Positions 1 to 14,900 are shown, counted from the first letter of the stretch. The stretch is DNA of 64,000 bases from Octopus bimaculoides (GCF_001194135.2 NC_068991.1:43725199-43789198); one strand, 5' to 3'. Translations and numbers: made by a program. The notes: a model not told the origin generated them from the sequence alone.

Positions 1-285
1 GCTCCTGTAGGATTTTCGAGCGAGATCGTTGCCAGTGCCCCTGGACTGGCTTGTGCGGGTGGCACATAAAAGACACCATTTCGAGCGTGGCCGTTTTCGT
101 GCGGGTGACACGTAAAAGCACCCACTACACTCTCTGAGTGGTTGGCGTTAGGAAGGGCATCCAGCTGTAGAAACTCTGCCAAATCAGACTGGAGCCTGGT
201 GTTGCCATCTGGTTTCACCAGTCCTCAGTCAAATCGTCAAACCCATGCTAGCATGGAAAGCGGACGTTAAACGATGATGATGATG
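1..285 (+). mobile_element. 3' end of RTE LINE or RTE-tailed SINE
   Basis: ggttggcgttaggaagggcatccagctgtagaaac...ccatgctagcatggaaagcggacgttaaac(gat)n tail. Related tails occur near 5610-5940 (+), 19690-19880 (+), 35878-36250 (-), 38752-38950 (-), 40590-40750 (-), 46240-46410 (+) and 51640-51900 (+). Confidence 0.75.
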
Positions 286-3136
286 TATGTATATATATAT
301 ATATCATAAAAATCATCATGTCCACTTTTCAATGCATGCATGGGTTGGACAGAGTTTATTCGAGACAGATTTTCTACTATTGGATGCTATTCCTGTTGCC
401 AGCCTTCACCTGCTTCCAAACAGGGTAATATATTCTTGTGGCCAGACATGTCGTTGGAGAACATTGGAAATGAATGACAGTGACAATCATTTTACAACTA
501 TCACGCAATGTCAAGACAAGAACACACACGCATACATACATACAATGGGCTTCTTCCAGTTTACATCTGCCAAATCCATTCACAAGGCTTTAGTTGGGCT
601 AGAGCCATAATAGATGGCGTTTGTGCAAGGGACTGAATCATGTGGTTAGGAAGCATACTACTTACCACATTGCCACACCTGTGCCTATAAATAAATGTAA
701 GAGTACCAACGAATTTGAATCAAACTGTTTTGATCCATATATGTAAATATATATATGTGTGTGTGTTTATTTGAGTCACCTTGTTTTGGCATCATGTAAT
801 AGTTGTAAATGAGTGTCATCATCACAAAAGAGGTGTCATTCATTTTTAATCTTCTGTTAAAACATATCCAGTCATGTGGGAAGTATTATCTTGCTTGGAA
901 ACAGATAAGGGTTTGCAATAGGAAGGACATTCCACCTTAGAAAATATTCTTTAACAAATTCCATCTAGCCAATGCAAGTATGGAAAAATCGATGTTAAAA
1001 TGAGGAGGAGGAGCTGAAGAAATACATAAGCATCACAGAATATCTTTTAGTATTCTTAGGACTTGCAAGTTTGCTAGTTTTAGGGTAAGCTTCCAATGAA
1101 CCAAGTCTATGACCTAGTTCCTATTTTTTTTATTATACATATTTTACTTCATGGACATAAGTGTGAGAATCACGATTTCCTGCTTCCCCTCTCTTGTACA
1201 AAAACTAAACCAAAGGTTCTTATAATTTTATTTTAGGATATGGTCAATATAATATTTAGACATAAGTTGTATGTGTAAGCATTTCTTTTAATACAAATAT
1301 ACAATAACAAATTATTGATCTTTACACACTTGATAAGTTTGTTGATTGGCTGAAAACATTAAGAGTATAATAACATTGAAATGACTTACGTAAACAAAAC
1401 AGATAATTATAGCGAAGAGGGATACATGCATGAGTTATACTAGACAGTTGATCTGTTCACTCTGGGAACAAAGCTATCAGTATAGAAATAGAATTTGAGC
1501 TACTTACATATACAAACTAAAGATAAATAACATTTGGATCGATTACTGTAAGTAGTTGGGAGAAAGCTAATCGTGCATCATAACTTAGCTCAGAGAGATA
1601 TAAGCCATCGATTTTCACACAAGAGCTTTCTTAAAACATATTTTATACACTGAATGCTTGTTTCATAATAGAAAGGTAGAAAGAAGTCTTCAGTTTCTCA
1701 ATACTTTTGCAACAGGGTTTATGTCAGATGAGTGTAATGTGCCTGAACAGCATCTTCATAAACTATAGATATGTTTGTGAGGAGGATATGAGGTAGCAAT
1801 GAAGAATAGATGCCAGTACAAATATATTTGTTATTTTTGATGATTTTTGCCAACTTTGCTTGAACAGATAAACATACGTCATGAAAGGAATCAAGTGGTT
1901 GTTTTAGAGCAATTTATAACTATTAATGTCATACTTCAGTCTGATATAGAACCCTGTGGTGAGTTCCACCAAGTGGTGTAGACTTTGTTGGGAGGAATGT
2001 AACATCCAGTATAAATTAGATCCATTTCATCATCTAATTCATTCATAATAACAGAAAACGTTTGTGGTGGCAATAGTGCAGACAGGCAAGGAAAGGGCTC
2101 AGTCTGTCTCTGATAAGTTTAATTTTTCTAGATTCACTGGGAGTTGTTTGAAACCCAATATAGAATTTAAATCTAGAATAATAGTTTACATTGCAGATAT
2201 TTAGTGTATACATATATGTGTCTTAAGTTTGTCTGAAACAGGTTTCAAAGTTTTTTGTTTTTTAAAATGATGTATTCTTCTGAAGTGTTTTATATGTCTT
2301 GCCGTTTCTGGCCGGTCACAAGAACACAGGAAGGTTAAAGCTGAATGCATTCAAAATGTAGGTAGCTCTCATGCCTACATAATTTTCCAGTTTTAGTGTT
2401 TTCATTTTGCTAGATTGGTTAAAAATACAATTTACTGTGATAAGGTTGAACAGGTTACTGTCTAGCTATGTAGTTGATATTCTTTCTTATTGAAACAGTC
2501 AAATCAACTCCAATCTATTCAATTCCACCATTAAAATGGGAAAATGCTTCAAGAGCTGAATTTTAAGTACTACCAGACTAAAAACAGGATGACTGTGGGT
2601 ACATATCAAATAAAATTATGAACATTTACATTTGTAATCTGTATGTGATGATGGCAGCAGTGAATGATATCTGCTGGTAAAAATGTTGGGAGAATTTTTT
2701 CTTTAGAGGAGAATGAAGCACTCATCATACCTACAAAGCTTTCAAAACTGGTAGAGAAAAGAGTGGGATAAAAATGCAAATTATGGGTTTCTGTAATGGG
2801 AAGAACATCAGGGTATCAAAATTATGCTTATAATAGTGTGGACTTCATCAACTGAAGGCATCCAAGGGCCAGTCATTAAACTACGTAACAGTTTTAGTCC
2901 ACCACCAAAATTAAGGTGATTTACCTCTGTTGTGCCTCACATATGGGATAATTATAGAGATATTGAGATTAATGATAAAGTCAATGACAGTGATGATGAT
3001 AATGAGGAAAAGAAGGAGGAGGGGAAGATAATGATGATAAATAGCAGCAAGTAACAACAAGCTATGGATTTGATATACTACATCTGATAGCATTATGTAT
3101 GCTTGTTGTCTGAAGTACTTCTTAGATGGAAGAGAC

Positions 3137-3260
3137 CTATAAAAGAGTGTTTACACATTTTGCAAGAGATTTCATAGTAATAGATTTCCTTGGAGGATGA
3201 TGCATGGGTACTTGATCATGTCTCAGTTTTGAGCTCAAGGCATGCAGCCTTCTTGCAGTA
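3137..3260 (-). CDS. Host terminal coding exon ([40 protein letters not shown])
   Basis: gtatatttttcag acceptor, phase 2 matching the previous exon, TAG at 3139-3137. Confidence 0.7.
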
Positions 3261-6200
3261 CTGAAAAATATACAAAAATATTGAAATAAATAAACAAATA
3301 AATCATATAAACAATAATTTGTTATTTATCTTTGTTTATCCTTTTATCCTTTTTTTTTTTTTTTTACTTATTTCAGTCAATTAACTGTGGCCTTCCTGGA
3401 GCACCACCTTTTTTTTTAAAAATCTAATTTAGAATTTATTCATATTCTAAATATAATATAAAACAGTCACCAAATTACTGAATGGTCTCTAAGTTCAGTA
3501 ATTTGGTAGTCACTAAGAAGACTAGCTGCAGATGAATAGATTGTCAGGGCTGTACAAGCTATGTACAAAGATGTAAGTAAAGTGAGAGTCAACAATGATT
3601 TCAGTGATGAATTTGATGTGAAGGCAGGTGTCCTCTCCTATTCATCATAGTCCTATAGGCCACCACAGAAGAGTTTAATTCTGGCTGTTCATGGAAACTC
3701 CTGTATGCTGATGATCTACTTCTTATTGTTGAATGTTTAGGGGAATTAGACAGGAAATTCCAAGCATATGAGGGTTGGCTGAAAAGTTCATAGGCTGACT
3801 GACCAAGATACTATCATGGAATGTGATCAAACGAGCTTTCTTTTTCAACATAGTCTCCTTTGTGGTCCACACACTTCTTCTATTGGAGTTGCAGTGTTTG
3901 GATCTCATTGGTGAAGAAGCTTTCATCCTGTTGGTCAAAAAAGTCATCAACAGCAGATATGATGTCATCATCACTGTGTAACTGGTTCACAGCTAAGTGT
4001 TTTTTTCATATTGGGGAACAGATGATAGCCAGGTGGGGCCAAATCAGGAGAATAAGGAGGATGATCAACCAGTTCAAAACCACAGTCACACACAACAGTC
4101 ATTAAAGACTTGTGTGTTGGAGCATTGTCCTGATGAAACAAAATCTCTTTTGTCCTTTTTCCTGGGCATTTGGTCTTGATAATCTTTCATAACCACCTTA
4201 GGAAGTTGGCATAGTACTCTCCTTTGATGGTGTGACTCTTTTGAAGGTAGTCAGTAAACAAATGCCTTTGCATTCCAAAAACCAGGCCATCACCTTCCCG
4301 GCTGATGAAATGACCTTGGCCTGCTTTTGAGCAGGTAAGGAAGGGTGTTCTGCATGGATTGTGTCTTTGTCTCTGGTTCAAAGTGATGAAGCCAACACTT
4401 ATCCTGGCTTAGGAAATGTTCAAGGAAACCAGCTGAATCTGCCTCAAACAATGTCAGATTCTTAGTTACAATCTTGAAAAGGCTATTATAACTTTTGTTA
4501 ATCCTTGTAGTCAATAAACAGCCATAATATATCAGTATCTGTATCAGTAGGCACGGTATGGCTGAATGGTTCAGAAGTTTGCTTTGTGATGTTCTGGTTC
4601 AATTCCACACCATGGCATCATGGACAAATGTCATTTTCTTGCCTCAAGTCATACCATACCTTGTGAACTACATACATACCTTGTGAACTACATACATACC
4701 TTGTGAACTACATACATACTTACGTACTAACATACATACATACATACATATATGCCATTGCCTGATCGAAAGTCCCACACATGTGAAGGCTATGACCTGC
4801 CATTTTTGAGAGTGGTCTTACTTTTTTTCCAGTGATGCCTGTACATGATGATTTTTTATATTGTGGGGAAAGGATTTACACAAATCCAATCCCACTCTCT
4901 GAACATGGACAATATAAACTCGAAAAGAACTAGTCTACATCATCAAATATTGTCAGTATTGCAAGTTTTCTCTCAGAGTTTTCCTCTCCTAGAGAAATGT
5001 GACAACAACAGAGGGGCCTCCCACTCCCAGTGGGCCAACCACATGCCTGGACACCAACCCAGGTATTTCCACACCACCGTGCATTCATACATGCATACAT
5101 ACACATGTGCACATATTGTTAGATGGCTGTCGACTGCTCATGAGCTCTTCTACCCTTTGACAGGTCTTATTTTGCTTCCTGTAGGGTGTCTAACAATCAC
5201 CCTCCTCACCAAGCAAGCTTGATGGGGTAGCCAGTTTAGTCACTGACAACCCAATCATGCAACAGGTTGTATTGGGTTACATGTTACCAGTAGAACCCAA
5301 GAGTGACATCACACACACACACACACACATATGCACAAATACACACAACACATACACAACACACAACACATATGCACACAGACGTACATGCATACATTCA
5401 TACATATATACATGTACATATATATATATATATATATGTTAGTCCAACCCATGCTAGCATGGGTTGGACGATGATGATGATGATGATGATGATGATATAC
5501 ACAGCAAGAGACTTGTTTCTGTCTTGCTGTCTTACTATAACTTTTCATCATCTGACATGAGATCACCTCCTGCGATGCCCCCTTTCCTCTCAAAAGATCT
5601 TTGCGTTGCAAGTTACTTAGTGTTCCTGCCAGTGCTGATGCCATGTAAAAGCATCCTATCCACACTGTAAAGTAGTTGGTGTTTGGACGGGCATCCAGCA
5701 GTAAAAACCATGCCAAAACCAACCTCGCCTGTGCTTGTGCCCCATAAAAAGCACTCAGTACACTCTGCTGGCTGGGTGGGTGGTGTTAGGAAGGGCATCC
5801 AACTAATAAAAACCCTACCAAAACAGATACAGAAGTCTGGTGCAGGCTCCTGCCTGGCCAGCTCCTGCCTGGCCAGCTCCTGTGAAACTGTCCAACCCAT
5901 GCCAGCATGGAAGGCAGACATTAAGTGATAATGATGATAACGATCATGATAATGTTGATCACACACACATACACACACACACATACACACACACACATAC
6001 ACACACACACATACACACACACACATACACACTTACACATACATATGTACATACACATACATATTCATGATGTACATGGGCACACATATGAAGGCAATAA
6101 AACATTCCCATCTGCTTTACTATATTTAGTTCAGAGTTTCAAGCTGGCTAGGTTTTATTTTGCATTTCATCAATTCAAAGTCACTAAGTACATGTAATGA

Positions 6201-8945
6201 AGTCAAGTTACTTCTTGCTTCTTGCATAATATATGTGTTGCTAAGAGAGAAATCATATTTTTAGAGCCATTATTATGCACAAGAAAGACCCAGTTTATAT
6301 AGCTGGCATGTGAAGGAAAATGTCAGTATCAAATAAATCTGTGTACTCACGCTCACACGCACATGCACACACAAACACATATACACACACACACTCATAC
6401 ACAGATACATACAAACAAAACATTCATATACACACACACAATCAGGTACCTACAAAAGAAAAACAGTGAAAAGGAAAAGGAAGGGAGAGAGAGGGAGAAT
6501 AAAAACGAGAGAGAGAAAAGAGAAAGTACTCTTAGTATTCTATTACAATTTTTGCATTCTACCTATGTCAAAAAAAAAAAAAAACAGGCCAAAATAACAA
6601 GTCAACATGCCAATGAGAGATCTCCTGCAAATCATACCCTACAATCTTAAATGATGAAGAATACATTAGAAAAAAGAATCATCAAAGCTAAAATGCCTTT
6701 TATTATAGTTAATTTGGCTCTAAACATTACCCTCTTTCACTGCCTGAACAGATGTCGCTTATATAATGACATTCTGAATATACAAAATGAAAGGGGATGA
6801 GATCCAGACTAGAATATCTTTGATTATTGGATTGACTTGGATCAGGGCTAACTTGGAGTTAAACAACAACAATGAAGAAAAAAAAACCCAAAACAAACAA
6901 TAGTAATGAATTCTAACAGATGTTCAAATACACAAATTTTAGGTGAGTGGAATAGCTGATTAAGTTAACCCCAGTAATTCACAGCAACTTATATTATCAA
7001 CTCTAGAAGAACCAAAGTTTGAGGGTTCAGAAACCCCCATCAACAGAAAATGAGGCAACTACTATCTATGTTGAATGAATGAAACAGATTTAAAGATCCA
7101 CTAATCCAAATCATAAAACACCAGATACACTCCATTATGAAAGAAGCAAGGCATTTCAAGAAAAAAATAACTTGATGTTTCAGAAACCCAACCAATAGGA
7201 AAATGTGCTCCTTATCATTAAGAAAGAACACAAGTGTATGTGCCCTTGAAATCCTGATTACACTGATAACTATTGTATCTAAATATAGTGACTTGAATTG
7301 TTAAGCAAGTGTCCTCACTTCCAAACTGACCTCAGACCATGTGTACTTACACAGCTGACTTTCTCTACTGAAATATTCAGTGAAGAATAAATGAACACAT
7401 TATCTGGGTAATTCAGGTTTTGGGGTTCCTCAAAGGTCCTCTGCTACATTGTATATACTTTTAGGTACACACAAGTTATGTAAGAATTTCAACAGCAAGG
7501 ATTTGTTCTATGCTAGAAGTCTGTCAGCTGTTGTCTTTTCAGTATGTAGATGTTTGTATTTCTTTGTCATTTTGTATTATCTATTCCATCATTTCAGTAC
7601 TCATCTTTCAGAAAATGGTAAAGTTAACTGGTTTGTGGGTACTTTGAGTTCTATTCACCTTTCTAGTCATTAACTGTTTTCTCTATGCTCAATAACAATT
7701 TACCATGATCCAATGAACTTATTATTGTCTTTATTTAATAAGCATTAAGAGAAGTCTGATAAGTTGAAGAAAGATGAATGGAAAGATAGGGTTGGAAGAA
7801 TGAATGGAAGGAAGGTGCCTGTGTAAACAATACATGCCACTAGTACCAGATATATGATTCTGCTGTCACACCCAACACACATTCACCTTTGCCACTTGCC
7901 AGCCCATGTTGGAATTAAAGTAAATTTCTTACTCTTGCAGTGTCTTTGTATGCAAGCCCCTGAGAGGAATCTCCCCTCTACTACAGCATATTGCCTGGCA
8001 TGAATGATGAGATCAATGTTCACATTCTCTTCAGATATTTCTCTGTGTGGGCATACATGGCCTTTTCACCTTACTGGCTCTTGACAACCATACACCAGTA
8101 TGTCACTGGTCTCCATGCCATTATTCCAAGATCCATATGGATCTTTTGATCTCTCTTGCATCAATCCACTTCCCTTCAAGACAGACCTCAACTATTCTTC
8201 AATCATTTGTGAAAGATCCAGCTTCTGCAGCACTCTTGCTGTACCTGTTGCTTATATTGCAGCTGATGATACCATTAGCCACAGGGAATGTCATTGATTA
8301 TTGCACTGATGGTACTGGTATTAAATTTAATTGCAGTTTTTCTCCCAGTTTTGACTTCTACTACTGTTATTGTTACTGCTATCACTATTGCTGGAAATAT
8401 TAATGTTGTTGTTACTACTGCTGTTATTGCTATCAGGGATGGTAGTGGCAGTAATGATGGTTGTATTGATACTCCTTACATTTTTCTGTTTTTGAAATAG
8501 ATGAATTTGATCAGATTGAATACTTACTTGGAAACATTTTCTAAAGCTTGTATAAAACTTTTTCTGTTGGCCATTCCAGCGACATCACTGTTTGTAGCAC
8601 TGTGTATATTGTTGTATGTCTTCTCTAAGATCAATTTATTATATCTGGTAGTCAGTAATCCTTTATTTGGACAAGCATCTGAAATAGATAAGGTACAAAT
8701 AAGTGACATATAATTAATTTGCATTACATTATAATAGTATTGTTTGACAAATGTTTGTGTGTGTGCATAAGGATCTAAGTCAAAGTCTCTATTTTGTGTG
8801 CACATGTAAGTGTACGTGTGAGTGCAAACTATGACTTTAAGCTTATACCTACAGGTTTTAAATATGCATCTACATACTGAAAATGATGTGTATTGAGGTG
8901 TCATATTTTTGTATGAAAAGTACCCCACTAAAACATCACTTGTGT

Positions 8946-8981
<36 letters not shown>

Positions 8982-11900
8982 NNNNNNNNNNNNNNNNNNN
9001 NNNNNNNNNNNNNNNNNNNNNNNNNNNNNNNNNNNNNNNNNNNNNNNNNNNNNNNNNNNNNNNNNNNNNNNNNNNNNNNNNNNNNNNNNNNNNNNNNNNN
9101 NNNNNNNNNNNNNNNNNNNNNNNNNNNNNNNNNNNNNNNNNNNNNNNNNNNNNNNNNNNNNNNNNNNNNNNNNNNNNNNNNNNNNNNNNNNNNNNNNNNN
9201 NNNNNNNNNNNNNNNNNNNNNNNNNNNNNNNNNNNNNNNNNNNNNNNNNNNNNNNNNNNNNNNNNNNNNNNNNNNNNNNNNNNNNNNNNNNAGAGATGCT
9301 GATAAAACGCTGTTTGGAAATTCTGGGCAAGTTAGCTGCCGAGTTTGACCTGGGGTTGAGTGTGGTTTTTGTGCCCTCTGAAAGGAATAGAGTGGACGTC
9401 CTGACCAGAGTAAAGAAAGCCTTTGTTGCAGGTGCCTGTGTTGACTGAGTGACTCAGAGCTGAGGAGATTGCGTACCATGCATCACATGGGAGTGGACAG
9501 GACCCTGTTCCTAACCAGGAAAGTTGACTCTGACATGACCAGGCAGAGTGTGCAAAGAGTAGTTGGGAGCTGCAACAAGTGCCAGTCCATTGACCCCACT
9601 CCAGGTGCGCATGAGGCAAGAAGCATTCCAGTGGAACACAACTGGAAATGACTGGCAGTGGACATGACGCACTACCAGCAGGGGACATACCTCTTGATGG
9701 TCGACTGCGGACAGGGGCAGCTGGCCATATGGAGGGAGATGAAGACAGGGACCGTGGAGGAAATCACAAGAATACTGAATGAGATATTCCTAGAACGAGG
9801 CCCTGTGGATCAGCTGCTTATGGACAATGGCACTGTGTTTCACTTGGAGGTGCTGAGGGAAATGCTTGACAAGTGGCATGTTAGCCATTTCTTCAGGGTG
9901 GCATACCAGCCAAGTGGCAATGGGGTTGTGGAGAGGCATCATCGTACCATCAAGACCAAAGCAGAGAGGGGCCACATCTCACTAGTCAAGGCAGTTTTTT
10001 GGTATAATATGTCGCCCAGGACAGGACAGGCTGAGGAGTCAGTGCCACACAGGGCAATATTCAAGTACAAATGGAGATATCCATGCACCGCATCCCGCAG
10101 AAGAGAAAGAGCATGTCTTTATGCAGGTTGAGGAAGAAGTTTGAGTTAAACCCCCAAATGCATGGTGCACATCACAGTGGGGAAAGGGGACAATAACCTC
10201 TGTAAATTCAAGGAACAATCTGTCTATAGATGACATGCCACGACATGTTTTGGATGTGCGCAGGATCATCACTGCAATGGAGGATGGAGCCAACAGTAAT
10301 GGACAAGAGGACGAAGTCAGCAGCAACATGCCAAGAACTGAGGCCAATCCTGAAGTCCCACAGTGATCACAGAGGGAGCGGTGCCCTCCTAACTGGTTGG
10401 CTGATTATGAGACAAGTTAAGGCATGTGGTCAGGGTTGAGGAGAGGGTGTGGGCAGGTTGGTTGAATGATCTTCAGATCAGGGGGACATGTGGTGTTATG
10501 AACCAGGCTGTTTTGTAGGGAAGGATCGGAAGTGAGGGAGTAGGTATGTTCTGTCGGAAGTGGGGCTTGTGGATCACACCAGAAGGACTGTGGTGGGCAT
10601 GCGGGGTCAATAAAGTGCAAGGAGTCAGTCGGTGGCGAACAGCACATCAGAGCAGACATGTTAGATTGTACAGCGACAAATAGCGCACAAGAATGTTGAG
10701 TGAACCTTGCAGATCAAGACAGAGCACGTAGACGTTGAAAGTGACCCTTTTTCTGGACTGACAGGTAAGACTACCGCAATTCTCTCTTAGCTGCCATCTT
10801 TTTCTTCCTTTACATCACAATTTCTTTTTCTGAAAATCCCAACTTTTCCAGATTGTCACTTAGGTATTTACTTACAAAACCAATGCACTGTTATTGATAT
10901 AAATATGTATTTATAATCTGGGTATATTAGCTTAAGATTTCGAAGTAGTTGTTCATAATTATTCCATTTCTCTTTAATTTTAGAAGAGATGTTCATTCAG
11001 CAGGACATTCAGCTATTTCTTTAAAAAATCGCAGTAAAGTCCGTTCGAAAGGAACAGCCACATTGAAGTGGCTATGAACATTACTTGCTAGTACAACTAC
11101 TGCGTTCATCTTTTAGAGAGATATTTTTTTGCTTATGTATGTATATATATATATATATATATTCTACAGAAAATAAAGGGATTCTAGAATGCAGGAAGGC
11201 TTTGAAAACAGCTTAGAAAATCAGGTAAATACCCTTTAGAATATGGAAAAAATATGGCCAGAAAGCCTCCACACAGAATCAAACCCTGCACCTTTCAAAT
11301 TCCAGCTTAGTTCTCAGTACCATTAAGCTAAGAGATCCATGACACCCAAGGAACTCCTATATAAACTTACACATACATAACATTTAGTTAATAAGCTTTT
11401 TCCTAACACAGAACTATAGTCTTGATAACAAATGTGCCTGTAATTTTGGATTGGTATGGGAATAAGGCAAATGTAGACTTACAGAAACTTAGTATAGAAA
11501 ACAGAAACATTAAGATAAACCTAGTAGTTTGAAAATCTAAATTTGATAGGGCATATTACAAATAACTGAACCTGCATAATCATGCATTGCATACATAAAA
11601 ATCCCATAAAAGCTTTTATTTATATATCGTTTAGGAGTCAAATATGAATTATAGAACTGCTGAAACAGTCATACCCACCTGGAACAGAAGATATATTTTG
11701 CTTTTCCTTTGAGTCACATTCAGTTACTGTAATACTTATTGAGCTGTGTTTATTATCTCTGTGTGTCATACTTTCTATCTCTGTTTGCACAGCTGGATAG
11801 GTCTGCTTCAGTTTGTTACTTTGATAAATTGGGGTGCTTCTTTTGCATACACTTTTAACTTTTAGCCCAATGGTGACCTGATAGTGATTCATCCAGTTAT

Positions 11901-14900
11901 TTACGATATTCCTGAGATAGAAAGAAAATTACTTTAGCGTTGTAGCAACATGTAAATAAACATTCTGCCAACTGTAATTCAGTGTCTCAACCTGAGTTCC
12001 ATTTAAGAACCAAACGCAAAATTTTATTGAGTTTATACTTGTACTTATAAAATTTTAAATTATTTATACTAGTTATAAAACTCAGAAATTCTGAAACTGA
12101 ATAGTGTGGTTGGAAATTTTTTCAGTTGAAAATCACCGACTTGACTAAATTTCAAAAGTTAGATTTTACATAATATTGGTTTCAAATTTTGGCACAAGGC
12201 CAACAGGCTTGGGAAAGGGGCTAATTTGATTGAATTGACCTTAGAGTTCAACTGGTACTTATTTTATCGACCCTGAAAGGATGAAAGGCAAGGTTGACAC
12301 TGACAGAATTTGAACTCAGAATATAAAGAGCGATGAAATGCTGCTAAGAATTTCACCCAGTGTGTTAATGATTCTGCAAATTTGCCGCCTTCAGATTTTA
12401 CATAATATTAATGCAAAAATCTTGCTTTCTATAACTCTGGATATTTAGTTGTATTCTACCAAACAAAAACAGAAACAAATAAATATAAACAAGCATATTC
12501 TAATATGTTTATCGTGATGAAGGCCAGAACTGCCTTTAAGCAATGCCCGTATAACCATGGGTCCTCTTTTAGGATTCCGGAAAGATATTATGTCGTGTCC
12601 CTGGTCAACCATGTGTGGCACCTTAAGGATGAAGGAACTCTATACAAAATTAAATGGAGGCTCATAGAGCAACCGGGGTCCTATATGAATGGGAGTGGAC
12701 AATGCAAGCTTTGCATAACAGAATGAACAAGGATCCTTAAAGACTTGCTTGACCCAGAGACCTATTTAAACTCCAGAAACGAGACCTATAGCCCTTGTCT
12801 GCATTTTAAACAATACCTGCTGCAGGCACAAAATTCCCTATTCGTTGATTAGGGCTATAAAAAAGAAAATTGCGGACTACAACCAACCTAAAAGCAGAGA
12901 TTTCCTGTTCATCGATTAAGACCATAAAAATTTGCTGACTGGACCAATCTAAGGGTAATAACCTGTCCCATTTACGACTCAGACAATATACAATATTCTT
13001 TTGCTTACAAATGAACTGACTGTAATGGTTTTCTATCTCCAGTTTGAAGAGAGGTTTTATGTCTGTGGCTATTGGCATCTGACAAGTTGTCTTTAAGGCA
13101 AATGCTTTATAGATGTGAAACCATTTGTCACTCAATGACTGGCGTGTGTAGACAAGCTCTTAGTCTTGTACATAAAAAATATTACCAGTAAGATACCATC
13201 CTTCAGAAATTATATCAGTGTAATCAGTTGAACCCCCCCCCCCAGCAGCAGCAGCAGGAACTTTTAGGATCTTGCATAAATGTTTGTATTCCGAAGTAGA
13301 CAAATGTAAGATGTAATTCTTAAACTATTTTTGTTCTTGCACTCATGACTAAATGAGTTACAAAAATAACTTCACTTCAAATATCGTACCTAGCTTTCTT
13401 TTGTAAGTGTTGTAATTCAGATTCATCTGTCATTTCAAAACATGCTTCTGGTGACATATCCAAAGACTTTCTATATTTCTGTAAAATGTAAGAGAACAAT
13501 TTGAGATTAAATGAATGGTAAAGGATTAATGCAGTATTAGAAGCAAACCAGCCCATAAAATTATGGATACTTTTTTTGTTGATCCTATAATGTAAACAGG
13601 AAACCACTGAATTCAAAATAAATGAAATATCTAAGAAGGATATTGTAAAGTATCATGCCCAATGCTTATTTCACATACAAATTACCACTGTTTGAATCTA
13701 TTTCATTCAAACCGGATACTTTATTCATTTATTGTTTTATTTGTATATTCTTTGTTTCTTTCAGTCATTGTTCTGTGGCTATACAGGTTATTTATTCATT
13801 GTTATTTTGTTTATGATTCAATTCTTCAACCTCGGAAAGTTTTAAAATTTAAACAAATACAAGTATCAGTGCAATAATCAGACCTACCTTATGGATGCTG
13901 TCAATTTGCTTCTCATGAATATCATGGCCTTTAAGGAGATCTTTTGCATAAGATGATGCAAAGGGCCCAGATGTCATCAAAAATAATCCTTTCTAGAAAA
14001 CAAAAGTTAAATTTAAAAAAAGAATATATGGTTGATATATAAAGATGTCATTTTACAACAGAAACATATAGCAGGTAGAATTTATATTTAATACATATTC
14101 AGCTTCTAAGGTGGCAAGCTGGCAAAATTGTTAGCACATTGGGCAAAATGCTTAGCAGCATTTTGTCTGTCTAAGTTCTGAGTTCAAATGTCGCTGAGGT
14201 TGACTTTGTCTTTCATCTTTATGGGGTCAATAAGTTGAGCAGTGGAGTGTAATTGACTTAGCCCCTTCCCTGAAATTGCTGATCTTGTGTCAAAATTTGA
14301 AACCAATATATATTCAGCTTCTACTGATTAAGTACCATGGGACAAAGCTAAACACCTGAAAAGCTGAATAAACTACCTGCCTTCATTTCCTGGCAGAAAC
14401 TGTTTCACTTCACGTATGTCTGTGAAAAAGAAAATGTATATCAAAATATTTAATTTCCCATTCAATATCTCTCTAGTCAGAAGAGAAGATATTTTCAATT
14501 GTTAGTAGTTGATGAATGTTAAATTAATTCCAAGTGCATTGGGCCAACAACAGAACATTTACACAGTTGTTTGCTCTGCTAGAAATAACAGCCAAATCTC
14601 CATCAAATTAAAACTTCTATGTTTGGAAAGAAGGGTATGTTAGATAATGTGATTTTTGGTTCATTGTGGCTAAGAAAAAAAAAATTGGTCATGGTTGGAA
14701 TGGCTTAGATCATAAGCCTGCTTGATCAAGGCTGACTTGTTCTAAGCAAATCAAATTCCTGACCTTGTTATGCTTCTCAGATGAAGTGGTTTCAAATCAC
14801 GCATGTTATAATTGACCCCGAGAAAGGCATGAATGTCGCGACATATCATTCTAATTTTTGTATAAAGTTAAGGCCATGTACTTATATAAGAAATTATGTT

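Noticed and set aside
12830-13200. Hammerhead in the Penelope fragment
   Set aside because: No CUGANGA...GAAA core could be assembled on either strand.
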